A DNA stretch of 64,000 bases from Ranitomeya imitator (taxonomy: Eukaryota). The position numbers and the translations under genes were made by a program. The first letter of the stretch is position 1; every line of letters starts with the position of its first letter. A model generated the notes under the pieces. It was not told the origin of the DNA. It saw nothing but the letters and a program-made list of their open reading frames with translations, and made no database searches. Positions 63,401 to 64,000 of the stretch are shown piece by piece. Location of the stretch: NCBI RefSeq assembly GCF_032444005.1, contig NC_091289.1, positions 199,702,001-199,766,000 of the forward strand, in the 5' to 3' direction.

Positions 63401-63559
63401 ACCCAGCCTCCTCTTACATGAAATGATGGGCCCAGGAAGGGTATGATCTGTGAATTCACAGCCAGGACGTTGATTATTTCCTTGCCAGGACGTCTGGTAA
63501 ATGTCATCCTGCATGGATTGTGAGTAATCAGTGGAGATTCCTCATCTTCTTCACCTCAC

Positions 63560-64000
63560 TGATCGCAGAGTGTGAACCAGCGCTTGGTGGTTGGCACCTA
63601 ATGGAGATACAGATATAAATGGCTCCCTCCATTGTGATCCACGGCATGGTTCAAGTAGAGCGAGGCGTCCGACGAGGCAGCACCGTGTCACCATCTTGTC
63701 AGGGAGACTGGACTTACCGAAAAAGAAGAAGGAATCGAGATTTCTGGACGAATCATCAACAATCTTAAATATGGAGATGATACAACATTGATAGTAACAA
63801 GGGAAGATGGAATGAAGGACGTATTAGCGAGTGTCAAGATGGAAAGCTCCAGCATGGAAGACAACGATACTGACCACTACCAGGTATGACCGGGACACAT
63901 CTGAGATGGACGACCATGAACTGGAAGTAGTCCAGGACTTCAACCTACTGGGTCAATGATCACCCAAGATGCAGCGATGACACCGGAAGTCAATAGAACA
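63560..64000 (+). mobile_element. Degenerate RTE-clade LINE reverse transcriptase fragment
   Basis: GIEISGRIINNLKYGDDTTLIVTREDGMKDVL... and ELEVVQDFNLLG resemble RTE/BovB-type GIKIAGRNINNLRYADDTTL; frameshifted. Confidence 0.75.

Noticed and set aside
62690-63420. AT-rich segment with CCGACGCGCGTTTCGCC, reminiscent of Penelope/DIRS-type termini
   Set aside because: A single short motif with no RT, GIY-YIG or recombinase coding remnant; insufficient to call.
58320-63560. Search for dnase2b exons 4-6 and meaning of ORFs at 60326-61560
   Set aside because: No GFW-x-IHS-x-P-x-FP, second HxK or CIGD-x-NR motifs were found by eye, so the remaining exons probably lie beyond the window; the short ORFs show no recognisable homology.

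Overview
Vertebrate genomic DNA, most likely a frog (inferred from hAT/Tc1/T2-type MITE, CR1, L2 and RTE content and from amphibian-like protein sequences). It carries the conserved samd13-uox-dnase2b block. samd13 is on + (3 coding exons, plus a putative first exon). uox (urate oxidase) is complete on - (8 exons, 302 aa, C-terminal SKL). dnase2b exons 1-3 are on +, head-to-head with uox; its later exons were not found. About 41-42 kb of the 64 kb (hand estimate) is tandem repeat from about 19 unrelated families, and these explain almost all the long ORFs in the supplied track. The strongest leads: (1) uox intron 3 (21.2 kb) is filled by ~350 copies of a 57-bp monomer, each with a same-orientation, CpG-free CTCF-like core, in higher-order blocks and interrupted by a young L2; (2) an intact, intronless 166-aa ppil1 with its own CpG/ETS promoter sits antisense inside dnase2b intron 1; (3) the end of dnase2b exon 3 (catalytic GHTKG codons plus splice donor) is amplified into 33 tandem copies, 24 with an intact donor; (4) the samd13 N-terminal extension has an in-frame TAG, and a usually conserved uricase Trp reads as Cys across a splice junction. 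Homology statements are from memory of the families, not from database searches.
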